A stretch of 64,000 nt of DNA from an uncultured Planctomycetota bacterium (GTDB taxonomy: Bacteria > Planctomycetota > Planctomycetia > Isosphaerales > Isosphaeraceae). The notes below the pieces were generated by a model. That model had not been told where the DNA came from. It did no database searches and was given only the letters and a program-made list of their open reading frames with translations. Shown piece by piece: positions 43,085 through 53,076 of the stretch (the stretch's first letter is position 1; the number at the start of each line of letters is the position of its first letter). The position numbers and the translations under genes were made by a program. The stretch is taken from contig CAWGMQ010000003.1 of assembly GCA_963823665.1 (NCBI GenBank), positions 1,376,001 to 1,440,000 on the forward strand, given 5' to 3'.

Positions 43085-43639
43085 TCAACACCCGCGGTTG
43101 CGAGGTGTTTGTGTTGGAGCTGGTGAGGTGTCAGCCGATGGCCGGACCACGGGTGGATCGTGTCGCTTGTCGAGCGGACCGCCGCGGAAGGTGTTGAATC
43201 CCAGGAGGTCCAGAACGCCGAGCGCGATGCAGAGGTAGCCGATCCAGGCAGCCGGGACGCCGTTGATACGCCAGCCTTCGAAGCCCCAGATGAACACGAG
43301 GCCGGCGCCGAAGGCCCACAACGTCATGATGCGACGGCCGGTCGTGCGTGCGCGACGCTCGCGACCTGCCGCAGTTTGCAGCGTCGCCGGCTGCGCGTCT
43401 GCATCGTCAGTGGTGCGGATGCGCAGCAGGAGATCACCGTTACCGTCGAGCGCCTGGCCCTTGAGTCGCAGAATACTCCCGTCCGTCATGACAGAGTGGA
43501 GCACCACCTCGATACTGCGGCCGCCCGGAATCTCCACGGAGATAGACCGGCCTTCCTCGATCCACTGGCGCTGGACCGGAAGGTCGGCGTGGAGATCCTT
43601 CCCTCGTTGTTCGACGTTCTTGAGTGTTGTCTGGCTCAT
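43085..43639 (-). CDS. Membrane protein with a DnaJ C-terminal-like fragment
   Basis: RGKDLHADLPV...DGSILRLKGQ...GDLLLRI followed by two TM helices. Confidence 0.55.
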   Translation of the reverse strand: MSQTTLKNVEQRGKDLHADLPVQRQWIEEGRSISVEIPGGRSIEVVLHSVMTDGSILRLKGQALDGNGDLLLRIRTTDDADAQPATLQTAAGRERRARTTGRRIMTLWAFGAGLVFIWGFEGWRINGVPAAWIGYLCIALGVLDLLGFNTFRGGPLDKRHDPPVVRPSADTSPAPTQTPRNRGC

Positions 43640-43647
43640 CGAGGGCC

Positions 43648-44061
43648 TCACGATTCAAGCGGATGGCCGATCTCCCAGTGATGGCCGAATGGATCGACCA
43701 GGCGGCCCAGGCGCCATCCGTAGGCTTCCGCCACTGCGACGACCTGGCGGGCGCCTGCCGCGAGTGCCTTCGCGAAAGTCGCATCGGGATCGGGCACAGT
43801 CAAGATCATCCGGACGGAGCCGCCGCCCAGGGATTCGGGGCTGAAATTCTGATGCTCGGGCGACTCGTCAGCCAGCCAGAACTCCGCGCCGTCGATTGAG
43901 AGGCGAGCCACGACTGAACCCGAGGGATCTTCCACCCGGTAGACCTCGACCGCGCCGAATGCCGACTTGTAGAACTCGACTGCTTGCGCGCCGTTGCGAA
44001 CCGAGAGCATGGGCGCGAGCGAAGTCACGATGGGAGGTTTCACGTTTACGGCCTTGGTCAT
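43648..44061 (-). CDS. VOC/glyoxalase (PhnB-like) protein
   Basis: AVEFYKSAFGA.E, LADESPE, YGWRLGRLVDPFGHHWEI. Confidence 0.9.
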   Translation of the reverse strand: MTKAVNVKPPIVTSLAPMLSVRNGAQAVEFYKSAFGAVEVYRVEDPSGSVVARLSIDGAEFWLADESPEHQNFSPESLGGGSVRMILTVPDPDATFAKALAAGARQVVAVAEAYGWRLGRLVDPFGHHWEIGHPLES

Positions 44062-44113
44062 AATAGTTTTTCCTGATCCAGTCAGAGGCGCTCCCGATTC
44101 CAGAGCGGGGCGA

Positions 44114-44527
44114 TCAGTAGGTCAGGCCGCACTGCGCGCAGCCGTCGCGGTGGAGTAAGTCAGCAAGGCTCGCTTGGTTCCGGCAGTTCGGGCATGGGCG
44201 GAAACGGGCGGTGACCGACCACAGCAGGCACGCCAGCACCGCGAATAACAGCGCTGGAATCAGATGACATACTAGCACGAGTGATTCCTGCCAGGGAGCG
44301 GCGCCCGCTGCGCCTGCCTCCGCCGCGGCGATGGGAACAGTCTTCCTGCCGCCCCATATCGCTGCTGCCACCTCCGAGAAGCACAAGAACCAAGCCGAGA
44401 TGTGTGCCCAGACGATCGCGGCGGATGCGCGCTTGCCGGCGACCGACAAAGAGGTTCTTAACATCAGGCCAGCGAGCAGGGAAATCATGCCGTTGACAAC
44501 GAACTGAATGTGAGCAGTGAGCATCAA
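44114..44527 (-). pseudogene. N-truncated small membrane protein, possibly related to styrene-oxide isomerase
   Basis: AH...NG, AAIWG, PWQESLV motifs across hydrophobic helices; family recalled, not searched. Confidence 0.35.
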
Positions 44528-44930
44528 CCATAGATGTTGGATACCTGGGCCGGTAGTAATTTCCGCTGTGGCGCCGCAGCAGGTACTCGAGCACGTAGTC
44601 CTCGGTTTGGTTCTCGAGCAAGAAGGCGGCGGCGATCGATCGGATGCTGAATTCCTCGACCAGGCGGTGGCCGAAGCCTGGACTGAGCGTATGACTTCTC
44701 ATCCAGCCGCTGATCCCATTTTCCTCGCTCGCGGTCAGTCCGATCCCATTCTTTTTCAAGCCCGAAACAATGTCGTCAAAATTCGGGACGATCTCCATTC
44801 CCTCATTCGGGTTGAAGTACACTCCGATTGCGTTACTTGACTCCAGCAGCTCGTGCGGAAAGTTCACTTTGAACGCTGCCAACGTATCGATCGAGCGGGC
44901 CTTTGTGGCCTTCGGGGCGAAACTGATGAT
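44520..44930 (-). pseudogene. C-terminal fragment of a DUF3843-like protein
   Basis: YFNPNEGMEI...LEYLLRRHSGNYYRPRYP; no credible start codon. Confidence 0.35.
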
Positions 44931-45018
44931 CGGCCATGAACGACTCCGATTCGAGTTCCTGGTCACGCATGTAGGCGGCTGCGCTGCCGGCTGGGTAACG
45001 GATAGCAAATCGGGTTGC

Positions 45019-45238
45019 CTACATGAACGTGATCGGGCGACTGTGCTCTCGGGCGACGACACACAAGTTCAGAATCGCTTCAAACAGGTTTTCGCCGTCG
45101 ACTGGCATCAAGGTGCCGTTCGATGGTGTCCCGGAAGCACGCGAAATCGCTATAGTGACCGACATTGCACTCGGCGATCTCTTCCGGTTCATCATCGCCA
45201 CCGACATCGGAACCGAGTACATACAGGCATAGTCCCAT
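45019..45238 (-). pseudogene. Internally deleted Imm70-like immunity gene
   Basis: MGLCLYV...EIAECNVGHYSDFACFRDTI joined out of frame to VDGENLFEAILNLCVVAREHSRPITFM*. Confidence 0.45.
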
Positions 45239-45260
45239 TTCTAAAGACCTCCGCTTTGTT

Positions 45261-45605
45261 CTAGCCCGTGAACTCTCGACCCGTAAGAATTCGATCGATC
45301 CCGCGGGGGACGAGGAAGAACGCCATCACGGCGTGGCTGGTGGTGGGCCTGACCAGACCGGCCAGCTTGTGGACCGTGCTGCGCATGGCAACGACACGTC
45401 GCTTCCGGAAGTATTCGTAACAGGAGACGCTGTTCACGAGGACGTACAACGCGAGGACACCATACCACGGGTTGACTGCAGGCAGGACGAGGGGAGTCAG
45501 GATCGATGCCAGGGGGAGGAAAATCACGAGTTGGGCCAGGAGGCTCAGCACGATCATGACAGCGCCCACAAAGATGCCCCAGAGTCGCCAGAGCAGCGTG
45601 CGCAT
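45261..45605 (-). CDS. Hypothetical membrane protein
   Basis: GGAG RBS, several hydrophobic helices. Confidence 0.5.
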   Translation of the reverse strand: MRTLLWRLWGIFVGAVMIVLSLLAQLVIFLPLASILTPLVLPAVNPWYGVLALYVLVNSVSCYEYFRKRRVVAMRSTVHKLAGLVRPTTSHAVMAFFLVPRGIDRILTGREFTG

Positions 45606-45721
45606 TTCGATTTGTCTCCGTCGTTGAAACCGTCTAAACAGCAAGACCAGCGGACCAAGCGCGGGCAGGCGCAGATTCTATCAAAGTCGGCGACGGTTGC
45701 CTCATTCAACACGGCGGGCGA

Positions 45722-46031
45722 CTAGATTTCTGATTGATGCGCTGGTTGCTCGGGCGACGAAAATGCCCAGCGGATGATCTGGCGAGCCAGACCGGCCGGG
45801 CTCCTGTAGGAGAACTCGGGCGGGCGAAGGACGAACGGACGCGGTGCCGACGCGGCCAGGCGCGGGAATTCAGAGCCGCTTACGGTTAGCTCCGGCTCGC
45901 CGAGCCAGCGATAGGCGACGACGAAACGCTTGTCCTCCGAAGCGATGCGAATGTGCGTCTCGCCGTGCACGTACCAGACGAATCGCCGGCCGGCGACCTC
46001 GATCTGACTGCGGCGCTCTGCGCACGCCCAT
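45722..46031 (-). CDS. Hypothetical protein (N-terminal frameshift)
   Basis: MGVR.. then R.IEVAGRRFVWYV...IASEDKRFVVAY...P..ARQIIRWA. Confidence 0.45.
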
Positions 46032-46091
46032 CGCGACCGACTCCACCAAAAGCTCACCGATGCAAAGCCCGCCATATTCGCCCGAGTAAGG

Positions 46092-46373
46092 TTACTCGAT
46101 GCACTCTCCGCCATAGATCCACCGCACGACGGCCCTGATCCGATCCGCATCCGCGGCGACAACCTCGATCGGCATTGCACAATGATAGCGCAGCTTGTCG
46201 ATCAGCCCGAAGTCGAGTGGATCCTCAATCGCGACGGTCAGCGTACCGCCTACGAGAGAGATGGGCGCGACGTTGTCGCCGCGAGCTAACTCCTCTGGTA
46301 GGCACTCGACGGCTGCGCGTGGAATCACCATCACGGTCGGGTCAATGAATTGGACACCGTGTCGCGTTTCCAT
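46092..46373 (-). CDS. Stand-alone GspE/PilB N-terminal (T2SSE_N) domain protein
   Basis: IP..AVECLPEELAR...VAPI....GTLTVAIEDPLDFGLIDKLRY.....IEVVAA....I...V..IYG. Confidence 0.7.
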   Translation of the reverse strand: METRHGVQFIDPTVMVIPRAAVECLPEELARGDNVAPISLVGGTLTVAIEDPLDFGLIDKLRYHCAMPIEVVAADADRIRAVVRWIYGGECIE

Positions 46374-46426
46374 CGGCAATGCCTCGCGCTGAATGATGCT
46401 CACTCAGGATAGCCAGGGCGTCTGCC

Positions 46427-46777
46427 TCATCCCAGCTCAGTTGTTTTGGCCCGATGCTGATCGGACTGCTCACGAACATCGACGGTCTCGGCATCGACTT
46501 CGAGAAAAGCCTCGTCTGTCTCATCCCAATTCGCGAAGGCGAATCGCCGCACCGGAGGCGAGCCGCTCAGCTCGCTAAGGGCATACAGCGGCATACCCTC
46601 CGGACGGTTTGCACGCAGTGCGCGGACACCGCGGAATTCCACGACGAATTCCTTCCCGCTCGCGCCGCGGACCCGAACACGTATGTGATCGTTGTGGCTT
46701 TCCACGGCCACAACCGTGCCGTCATGCAAATCGGGTTCACCGATGTAGCCGACGAACGAGGGTGTCAACATGGGCAT
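46427..46777 (-). CDS. Hypothetical protein
   Basis: Open 116-aa ORF with GAGG RBS; YIG.PDLHDGTV motif. Confidence 0.55.
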   Translation of the reverse strand: MPMLTPSFVGYIGEPDLHDGTVVAVESHNDHIRVRVRGASGKEFVVEFRGVRALRANRPEGMPLYALSELSGSPPVRRFAFANWDETDEAFLEVDAETVDVREQSDQHRAKTTELG

Positions 46778-46980
46778 GCCTCAACTCGGAGCGGACGTGG
46801 TGCCGCCACAGTTTGACCAGCCCTCCCGTGAATATCGACGGCGGGAAGCGCTCAACCGCCGACTGATATCGTACCACAAACGGTTCTCGTTCTTCGAGCG
46901 GCAGGTCCGATGTAGCCGCGGCCGCCAGGCGCGCGATGCGCTCCTCGAAGCCAGCTTACCGGAAGAACTCGGGCAAGCGA

Positions 46981-48273
46981 TCATCGCGGTGGCGAGGCCT
47001 CGGAGGACGGGGTGCCTGGTGCCCCGGAAAGCCAGCGGCGGGTCAAGGGACCGACGGTGAGACCCTGCACGAGGATCGAGAACACAGCGACCACGTAGGT
47101 CATCGCCAGGATCGCGTTTTTCCCTGGAATTGCGACGGCCAATCCCGTGCCGGTCAGGGATAGTGCCAGAGCCACGGAGATGCCGCCACGCAGCCCACCC
47201 CATGTCAGGATCCGCACGGTGAACGGCTGGAACCAGAGCCAGCGCCGCAATATGCGTATGGGCAGGCCGACGGAGATCAGCCGGGCTGCGAGGACGATGG
47301 GAATCGCCAGCAAGCCCGCCAGCAAGTTCTTCGCGGTGAAGGTGAGTGCGAGAACCTGCAACCCGATCAAGACGAACAGCACTGCGTTCAAGGTCTCGTC
47401 GACGAGCTCCCAGAACTGGTCGAGGCGCTCATTCGTGATCGCGGACATGGCGAAGCTGCGCCCGTGGTTACCGATCATGAGTCCGGCGACAACCATGGCG
47501 AGCGGGCCGGAAAGGTGGAGCGCATCCGCCAGGCCGTAACCGCCGGCCACCAGTGCGAGCGAGAGCAGGATTTCCACCTTGTAGTCGTCTACGGACCTGA
47601 GCATGAAGAAAACGAGCAGTCCAGCGCAGAGCCCGAACAAGGCCCCGCCGACTGTTTCCCGCACGAGCAGGAGGGCGACATGCCCGAGATCCGGCCCGTG
47701 TGGCGCCTTTGCGAGCTCCAGGAGGCCGGTGAACACGACGACGCCAACGCCGTCGTTGAACAGAGACTCGCCGGCGATCTGCACCTCCAGCGATTTGGGG
47801 ACACCGACGCGCTTGAGAAGGCCCATGACGGCGATGGGGTCGGTAGGCGAGATCAGTGCCCCGAACAGCAGGCAGTCGAGGAACCTGACCGGCAGGCCGA
47901 TCCAAGCCAGCATGAGCCACGTGAGCCCGCCGACGATCACGGTCGAGAGCAGGACGCCCAGCGTGGCAAGGATCGCGATCGGCCAGCGGTACCGGATCAG
48001 GTCTTCGAGGTCGATGTGAAGTGCCCCCGCGAAGAGGAGGAAGCCGAGCATCCCGTGCAAGAGCGCCTCGTTGAAGTCGAGCTGACTGACCAGGTCAAGG
48101 GCATGGCGGTCGATTCCTGGTGCCAACCTGCCGGCAGCCACGATCGTCATGGAGAAGAGCAGCGCAAGCGCCATCAAGCCGATCGTGGTGGGGAGCTTCA
48201 AGAGGCGAAGATTGACGTAGCTGAACCCGGCTGCGAGCACGATCAACACCGCAATCAAGTCGAACAGTCGCAT
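46981..48273 (-). CDS. nhaP: CPA1-family Na+/H+ antiporter (NhaP-like)
   Basis: LPTTIGLM, FLLFAGALH, FGALISPTDPIAV, GESLFNDGVGVV, WGGLRGGISVALAL. Confidence 0.9.
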   Translation of the reverse strand: MRLFDLIAVLIVLAAGFSYVNLRLLKLPTTIGLMALALLFSMTIVAAGRLAPGIDRHALDLVSQLDFNEALLHGMLGFLLFAGALHIDLEDLIRYRWPIAILATLGVLLSTVIVGGLTWLMLAWIGLPVRFLDCLLFGALISPTDPIAVMGLLKRVGVPKSLEVQIAGESLFNDGVGVVVFTGLLELAKAPHGPDLGHVALLLVRETVGGALFGLCAGLLVFFMLRSVDDYKVEILLSLALVAGGYGLADALHLSGPLAMVVAGLMIGNHGRSFAMSAITNERLDQFWELVDETLNAVLFVLIGLQVLALTFTAKNLLAGLLAIPIVLAARLISVGLPIRILRRWLWFQPFTVRILTWGGLRGGISVALALSLTGTGLAVAIPGKNAILAMTYVVAVFSILVQGLTVGPLTRRWLSGAPGTPSSEASPPR

Positions 48274-48360
48274 CGGTGCTCCTGGTACAAGGGGAATTCC
48301 CGGATGGGGATTGTCGGCATATAATAGACAAGGAGTGATTCCGATCAAGGAGCCACGCCA

Positions 48361-48903
48361 GTGAATACACTCGCGGGCCGCGATCCCAAACTCAGGAAGC
48401 TCGCCGAATTGATCGGGGAGATTCAGTTTGGAGTTTTGACAACGGTCGGGGAAGACGGCTCGATGTGGAGCTGGCCGGTCTCGACCCAGCAGGCCAACCC
48501 CGACGGCGAGCTTTGATTCTTCACCAAGCGCGACTCGCCGATGGCCAAGGAACTCGAGCGCCATCGGCGCGTGAGCCTTTGCTACGCCAAACCCGATGAT
48601 TGTAGCTATGTGTCCATAATGGGCACCTGCGAGCTGATTTCTGATGGGACGAAGGCAGAGGCACAACGAGAAGGACACCCTCCCTGATCGCTGGCACCTC
48701 GAGAAGGTCGAAGCGGCCATCGGAGAAGTTCGAGTGTTTCTCGCCGAAGCTCCCGTGGAGAGGCTGCTATTTTGAATTCCAGCTCGTGCGGGCAGAGATT
48801 CCCACAAAAGATGGGTGTGGTGCCGCTTGCCTTTGACCAGCCCCTCCTTGAAGATCGAGGACAGGAACCGCTCAACGGTGTCACCGTGATCCGGTCAAGT
48901 TGA
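48361..48903 (+). pseudogene. General stress protein 26 / pyridoxamine 5'-phosphate oxidase-family pseudogene
   Basis: KLAELIGEIQFGVLTTVGEDGSMWSWPV.TQ...DGEL*FFT (TGA at 48514 where Trp is expected)...VSLCYA....YVSIMG; later stops; 3' end approximate. Confidence 0.7.
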
Positions 48904-48949
48904 TGGTTCGACTCCGGTCATTCTTCCTGGTTCGAAGGGATCAACGTCC

Positions 48950-49990
48950 ATGCCGCAGATTGGATTCGGAATTGTCGGGACGGGCATGATCGCCGGTGTT
49001 GTTGCCGATGCGATCGCCAGGTCCGCGAACGCCATGTTGGCGGCGGTGTCGAGCCGGCGGACCGAGAACGCGCAGCGGTTCACGGCTCTGCGGCCGGGGG
49101 CCAAGGCGGTCCAGGGAATCGACGAACTGCTGGCTTGCCGGGAGGTCGATGCCGTCTATATCGCGACTCCCACGGTTGCGAAGGAGGAGATCGCGCTCGC
49201 GGCGCTCGCGGCGGGCAAGCATCTCCTCGTTGACAAGCCGTTCGTCGATCACGCCTCAGTGTTTCGCATGACGCAGGCCGCTCTTGCCAAGGGCGTCGCA
49301 TTCATGGATGCGACGCACTTCGTGCACCACCGGCGCACCCAGGCGATCCGGGAAGCGTGTGCGGCGAGGATCGGCGAGCCACGTTCCTTGCACACGACCT
49401 TCTACTTCCCGCACTCGGACCGCGACAACATCCGCTTCGACCCGAAGCAGGAGCCAATGACCGGGCTCGGTGACATGGCGTGGTACTCGATGCGGGCGGT
49501 GGTCGAATATCTCGAGCCGAGAGGACGGATCACGAAGGTCGCTCTCGCCACGGAACGCGACGCAAAGTCCAGTGCGATCGTCAGGGCATCAGGAGTAATT
49601 GCCTTCGAGGGGGGCGAGGTCTCGACGTTTGACGTCGGCTACACCGCGGGTACGATCGTGATGGATCTGCAGCTTCTGGGAACAACGGGCGTGATCGCGA
49701 TGGACGATTTCGTGCTGGACTGGGAGAGCAGCTTCGCGTTCAAGAACCCGGAGATCAAGGCCGGGTATACCTTCAGGACCGGGATGGCGACCCGTAAGGA
49801 CGCGATCTTCGTGCCGACGCCGACGGACGTTGCTCAGGAGGTCGCGATGATCGATCACTTCGCGGAGCTGGCGGCCTCCGGTGACGCCACGAAGCGGGCA
49901 AGGTATGCAGAAGCCTCGCTGAAGACGCAGGAATATCTGGATGCGCTCTGGGTTGCAGCCGGAGCGTCAGCCTTCCCGCCGGGGAAGTGA
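48950..49990 (+). CDS. Gfo/Idh/MocA-family oxidoreductase
   Basis: GIVGTGMIA, VDAVYIATP, GKHLLVDKP, NIRFDP..EPMTGLGDMAWY. Confidence 0.9.
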   Translation: MPQIGFGIVGTGMIAGVVADAIARSANAMLAAVSSRRTENAQRFTALRPGAKAVQGIDELLACREVDAVYIATPTVAKEEIALAALAAGKHLLVDKPFVDHASVFRMTQAALAKGVAFMDATHFVHHRRTQAIREACAARIGEPRSLHTTFYFPHSDRDNIRFDPKQEPMTGLGDMAWYSMRAVVEYLEPRGRITKVALATERDAKSSAIVRASGVIAFEGGEVSTFDVGYTAGTIVMDLQLLGTTGVIAMDDFVLDWESSFAFKNPEIKAGYTFRTGMATRKDAIFVPTPTDVAQEVAMIDHFAELAASGDATKRARYAEASLKTQEYLDALWVAAGASAFPPGK

Positions 49991-50897
49991 ACCGCTCAAG
50001 CTCCGGGGGAACGTGGTCTGATCGTGCATGGCGGCGCCGAAACCGGAACTCGCGCTCGGAGCGGCTTTGAGCGAGGGGGTGGAATCCGTGCGCTGATAAC
50101 GCGTTTGGGGCATCGGGCCCTCGTTGCTCAAGAGAGGCGCAGCTGCTGGGTCAGCGAGGACCTCTTCGATCGTCGTCGCGACGCCGTTTACCATCATCCG
50201 GCGACTGACGAGCCGGATGCCGTGGCTGTAGTCGACGTGCGACGCAGCATGTCCCGTGTAGAGCGGCTGGATCGGCTTGCCGTCGGGCTTGTGCCAGCCG
50301 TAGATGGCGACCTTGCCCCGCGTCTTGAAGAGCCTGTTCGCAATGACAACGTCTTTCTTGTGGCCGGCCACGAGCTTACCAAGGGGGTATCTCTCCGCGG
50401 GCGGCGCGCACGATCTCGTTGTGACGAAGGAACACGGCCACCGTTGTCATCGCTGGCGATGGGGGAATGGGCGCGGGCCTGAGCTTCACGGTCGCGGCTG
50501 CGTAGATATCATCAACCATTTTGGGTGTCGGAAGGATACAGTCGAGCCGATCTGCGATCGCCTGGGCGGTGAGTGGCGAAAGCGGTGTGAGAAAGAAATC
50601 ATCGTCGGAACCGATCGCGAGATAGTCGGGAGCAACGAAGTACGACGCTTTGACGGTCGCCGCGGAGACCGCCACCGGGACGAGCTTCCGCAGGAATGGC
50701 GGGACGTTGCCGGCCTTGACCTCGGCGAGGATCTTCTGCTCCCGCTCCTCGAGCGGCAAAGCGGCGATCGAGAGTGCGAACGCTGTGCCTTTGGGAGCCG
50801 ACGGTTGCCGGGGGGGTAAGTCGAGCGATTGCGCGGAGAGCGGCGAGCCAAATGGCAGGAGCAGAATCATACCGGCAAGGATCAAGTTCTGGCTCAT
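49967..50897 (-). CDS. Conserved secreted hypothetical protein (frameshift near 50378)
   Basis: Signal peptide; GNVPPFLRKL, PDYLAIGSDDDF, LPTPKMVD, LVAGHKKDVV, VAIYGWH, PIQPL, DYSHGIRLV. Confidence 0.7.
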
Positions 50898-51189
50898 CGC
50901 ACCTCATCCGCGTAACAAGCGTGCTTTCCCGCAGTCGCAATTTGCGTCGCGCGGCGGTCGTTGCACACTTCCTCTGGTGTCGATCCGAGTCGCGAGCGCG
51001 AATGTCCGGATCGCCTTCAGGATATGCGATCCGCTTGCGCTCGAGCCAGTCACCACTGCGTCCGGCGGGATTTCTCGGCGTGAATTCCTCACGCCTGCTG
51101 AATCGACTAGAATAGTCCGAAGCGCTCTTGGCTGAGATTCTTACCACGCCGAGTTTTCGGAATACGCCGCTCATGCGAGCCTTGGACCA

Positions 51190-52383
51190 ATGAGAAAGAA
51201 AGCCGCCACCTCGAAACGAGCGGTCCTGGTGAAAAGGAAGCCCGACGACCTCGCTGCGCTCATCGCCGAGGTTCGCAACCTCATCCAGTCGGCCCGCCAC
51301 ACTGCTGCCAGCACGGTCAACATTCTCCAGGTGCTGACGAACTTCGAGATCGGCCGGCGCATCGTGGAGCACGAGCAGAAGGGGGAGAAGCGGGCGGGGT
51401 ATGGGACTAAACTGCTCAAGGAGCTAGCCACAAGGCTGACGGAGGAGTTTGGAAAGGGTTTCTCTGAGCGAAACCTCGAGTACATGCGGAAGTTCTTCCT
51501 TGTCTGGCATGATCGAGTTCGGCAGATTTCGCAACAGCCTGTTGCGAAATTGGCGCTGGATGCGCAGAACGAGCGGGCCGGAGGCAGTTCGCAAATTCAG
51601 CGGCGATCGTCGCTTAGATTGTCACCCGATCAGATTTCGCAACAGCCTATTGCGAAATTCCGCCGGACATTCCCGCTCAGTTGGACTCATTATCTCGTCC
51701 TCCTCTCCATCAAGGACCCCGATGAGCGAGGGTTCTACGAGATCGAGGCCGCAAATGAAGGCTGGTCGGTGCCCGAACTTAGACGGCAAAAAGCCTCGTG
51801 CCTGTTCGAGCGCCTCGCGCTCAGCCGTGATAAAGCCGCCGTGAAGCGGCTCGCGGAAAAGGGCCAGATCATCGCTCGCCCCGAGGATTTGCTCAAAGAA
51901 CCTGTCGTCCTTGAATTTCTCGGCCTCGATGAGAAGGCGGATTACAGCGAGACGGACCTTGAATCGGCGCTGATTACCCACCTCGAGAAATTCCTCTTGG
52001 AACTGGGCAAGGGCTTCCTGTTCGAAGCCCGACAGAAGCGATTCACTTTTGACGGCGACCATTATTTCCTCGACCTCGTTTTCTACAACCGGCTCCTGCG
52101 CTGCTACGTCGTCGTCGACCTCAAGCTCGACAAGCTCATGCACCAAGACCTTGGTCAAATGCAAATGTACGTGAACTACTACGACCGCGAGGTAAAGCTG
52201 CCGGACGAAAACCCCACGATCGGGTTGCTTCTTTGCAAGGAGAAAAAAGACGCCGTTGTTAAACTCACCCTGCCCAAGGATGCGAACATCCACGCGCGGG
52301 AGTATCAGCTCTACCTACCCTCGAAGGAGCTGCTCAAAGCGAAGCTCCTCGAGTGGTCGCGCGAGCAGAACGGCCGAGCGTGA
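51190..52383 (+). CDS. DUF1016/YhcG-family PD-(D/E)XK nuclease
   Basis: IGRRIVEHEQ.G..RAGYG, FGKGFS.RNL, LSWTHY, LEFLGL, FLLELGKGF, DLVFYN..LRCYV, DLGQMQMYVNYYD. Confidence 0.93.
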   Translation: MRKKAATSKRAVLVKRKPDDLAALIAEVRNLIQSARHTAASTVNILQVLTNFEIGRRIVEHEQKGEKRAGYGTKLLKELATRLTEEFGKGFSERNLEYMRKFFLVWHDRVRQISQQPVAKLALDAQNERAGGSSQIQRRSSLRLSPDQISQQPIAKFRRTFPLSWTHYLVLLSIKDPDERGFYEIEAANEGWSVPELRRQKASCLFERLALSRDKAAVKRLAEKGQIIARPEDLLKEPVVLEFLGLDEKADYSETDLESALITHLEKFLLELGKGFLFEARQKRFTFDGDHYFLDLVFYNRLLRCYVVVDLKLDKLMHQDLGQMQMYVNYYDREVKLPDENPTIGLLLCKEKKDAVVKLTLPKDANIHAREYQLYLPSKELLKAKLLEWSREQNGRA

Positions 52384-52485
52384 TTCCTCGGAAGCGCTCG
52401 TTCGAACTTCGTGAATCAACGTCGAGCTGACGGGCGGCGTACTGGCGGCGGAAGCTCTGGAAGTCGTGCGGGGATCGAGCAAGTA

Positions 52486-53058
52486 ATGGACGTCACGCAA
52501 ATCTCCAAAGTCTATGCTCTCCTGGACCAGCCGTTGTGGCTGGTGACCGCGGCCGACGGCTTGCGGTGCGGCGGATTGATCGCCACCATGGTGACGCCAG
52601 CATCGATCGTGAGTACTCTGCCGCGCCAGCTCATCACGATCGACAAACGGCACAACACCCACGCCTTGATCGAACGCAGCGGTGCATTCGCCATGCACTT
52701 GATCGACGAAACGCAGCTCGATCTCGTGTGGCGGTTTGGATTGCAGTCAGGCCGCGATGTCGACAAGTTTGCCGGGTTGGTGATCCAGATCGGAGCGACC
52801 GGAAGCCCGCTGTTGCCCGAGGCACTGGCCTGGTTTGACTGCCGGGTGGAAGCTCGTATGGACTCGGGTGACCGCACGGTGTATCTGGCCGGTGTCGTCG
52901 ACGGACGATTGGAACGAAGCGATCCGCCGTTGACGACCCGGCGGTTCTTCAAGATCGCCCCGCCAGACAAACAGAAGATCATGAGCGAACAGTATGAGCA
53001 TGATGCGCGCCTCGATGCCGTGGCGATCCAGCGGTGGCGGGGCGAAAGGCAGGGGTGA
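52486..53058 (+). CDS. Flavin reductase-family protein
   Basis: LWLVTA, FGLQSGRDVDKF, GSPLL..ALAWFDCRV, GDRTVYLA. Confidence 0.88.
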   Translation: MDVTQISKVYALLDQPLWLVTAADGLRCGGLIATMVTPASIVSTLPRQLITIDKRHNTHALIERSGAFAMHLIDETQLDLVWRFGLQSGRDVDKFAGLVIQIGATGSPLLPEALAWFDCRVEARMDSGDRTVYLAGVVDGRLERSDPPLTTRRFFKIAPPDKQKIMSEQYEHDARLDAVAIQRWRGERQG

Positions 53059-53076
53059 GCGGGATTCAATCCTCGG

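Noticed and set aside
48514..48516. TGA recoding (Trp or Sec)
   Set aside because: TGA is the normal stop for many genes here, and the rest of this gene is degraded.
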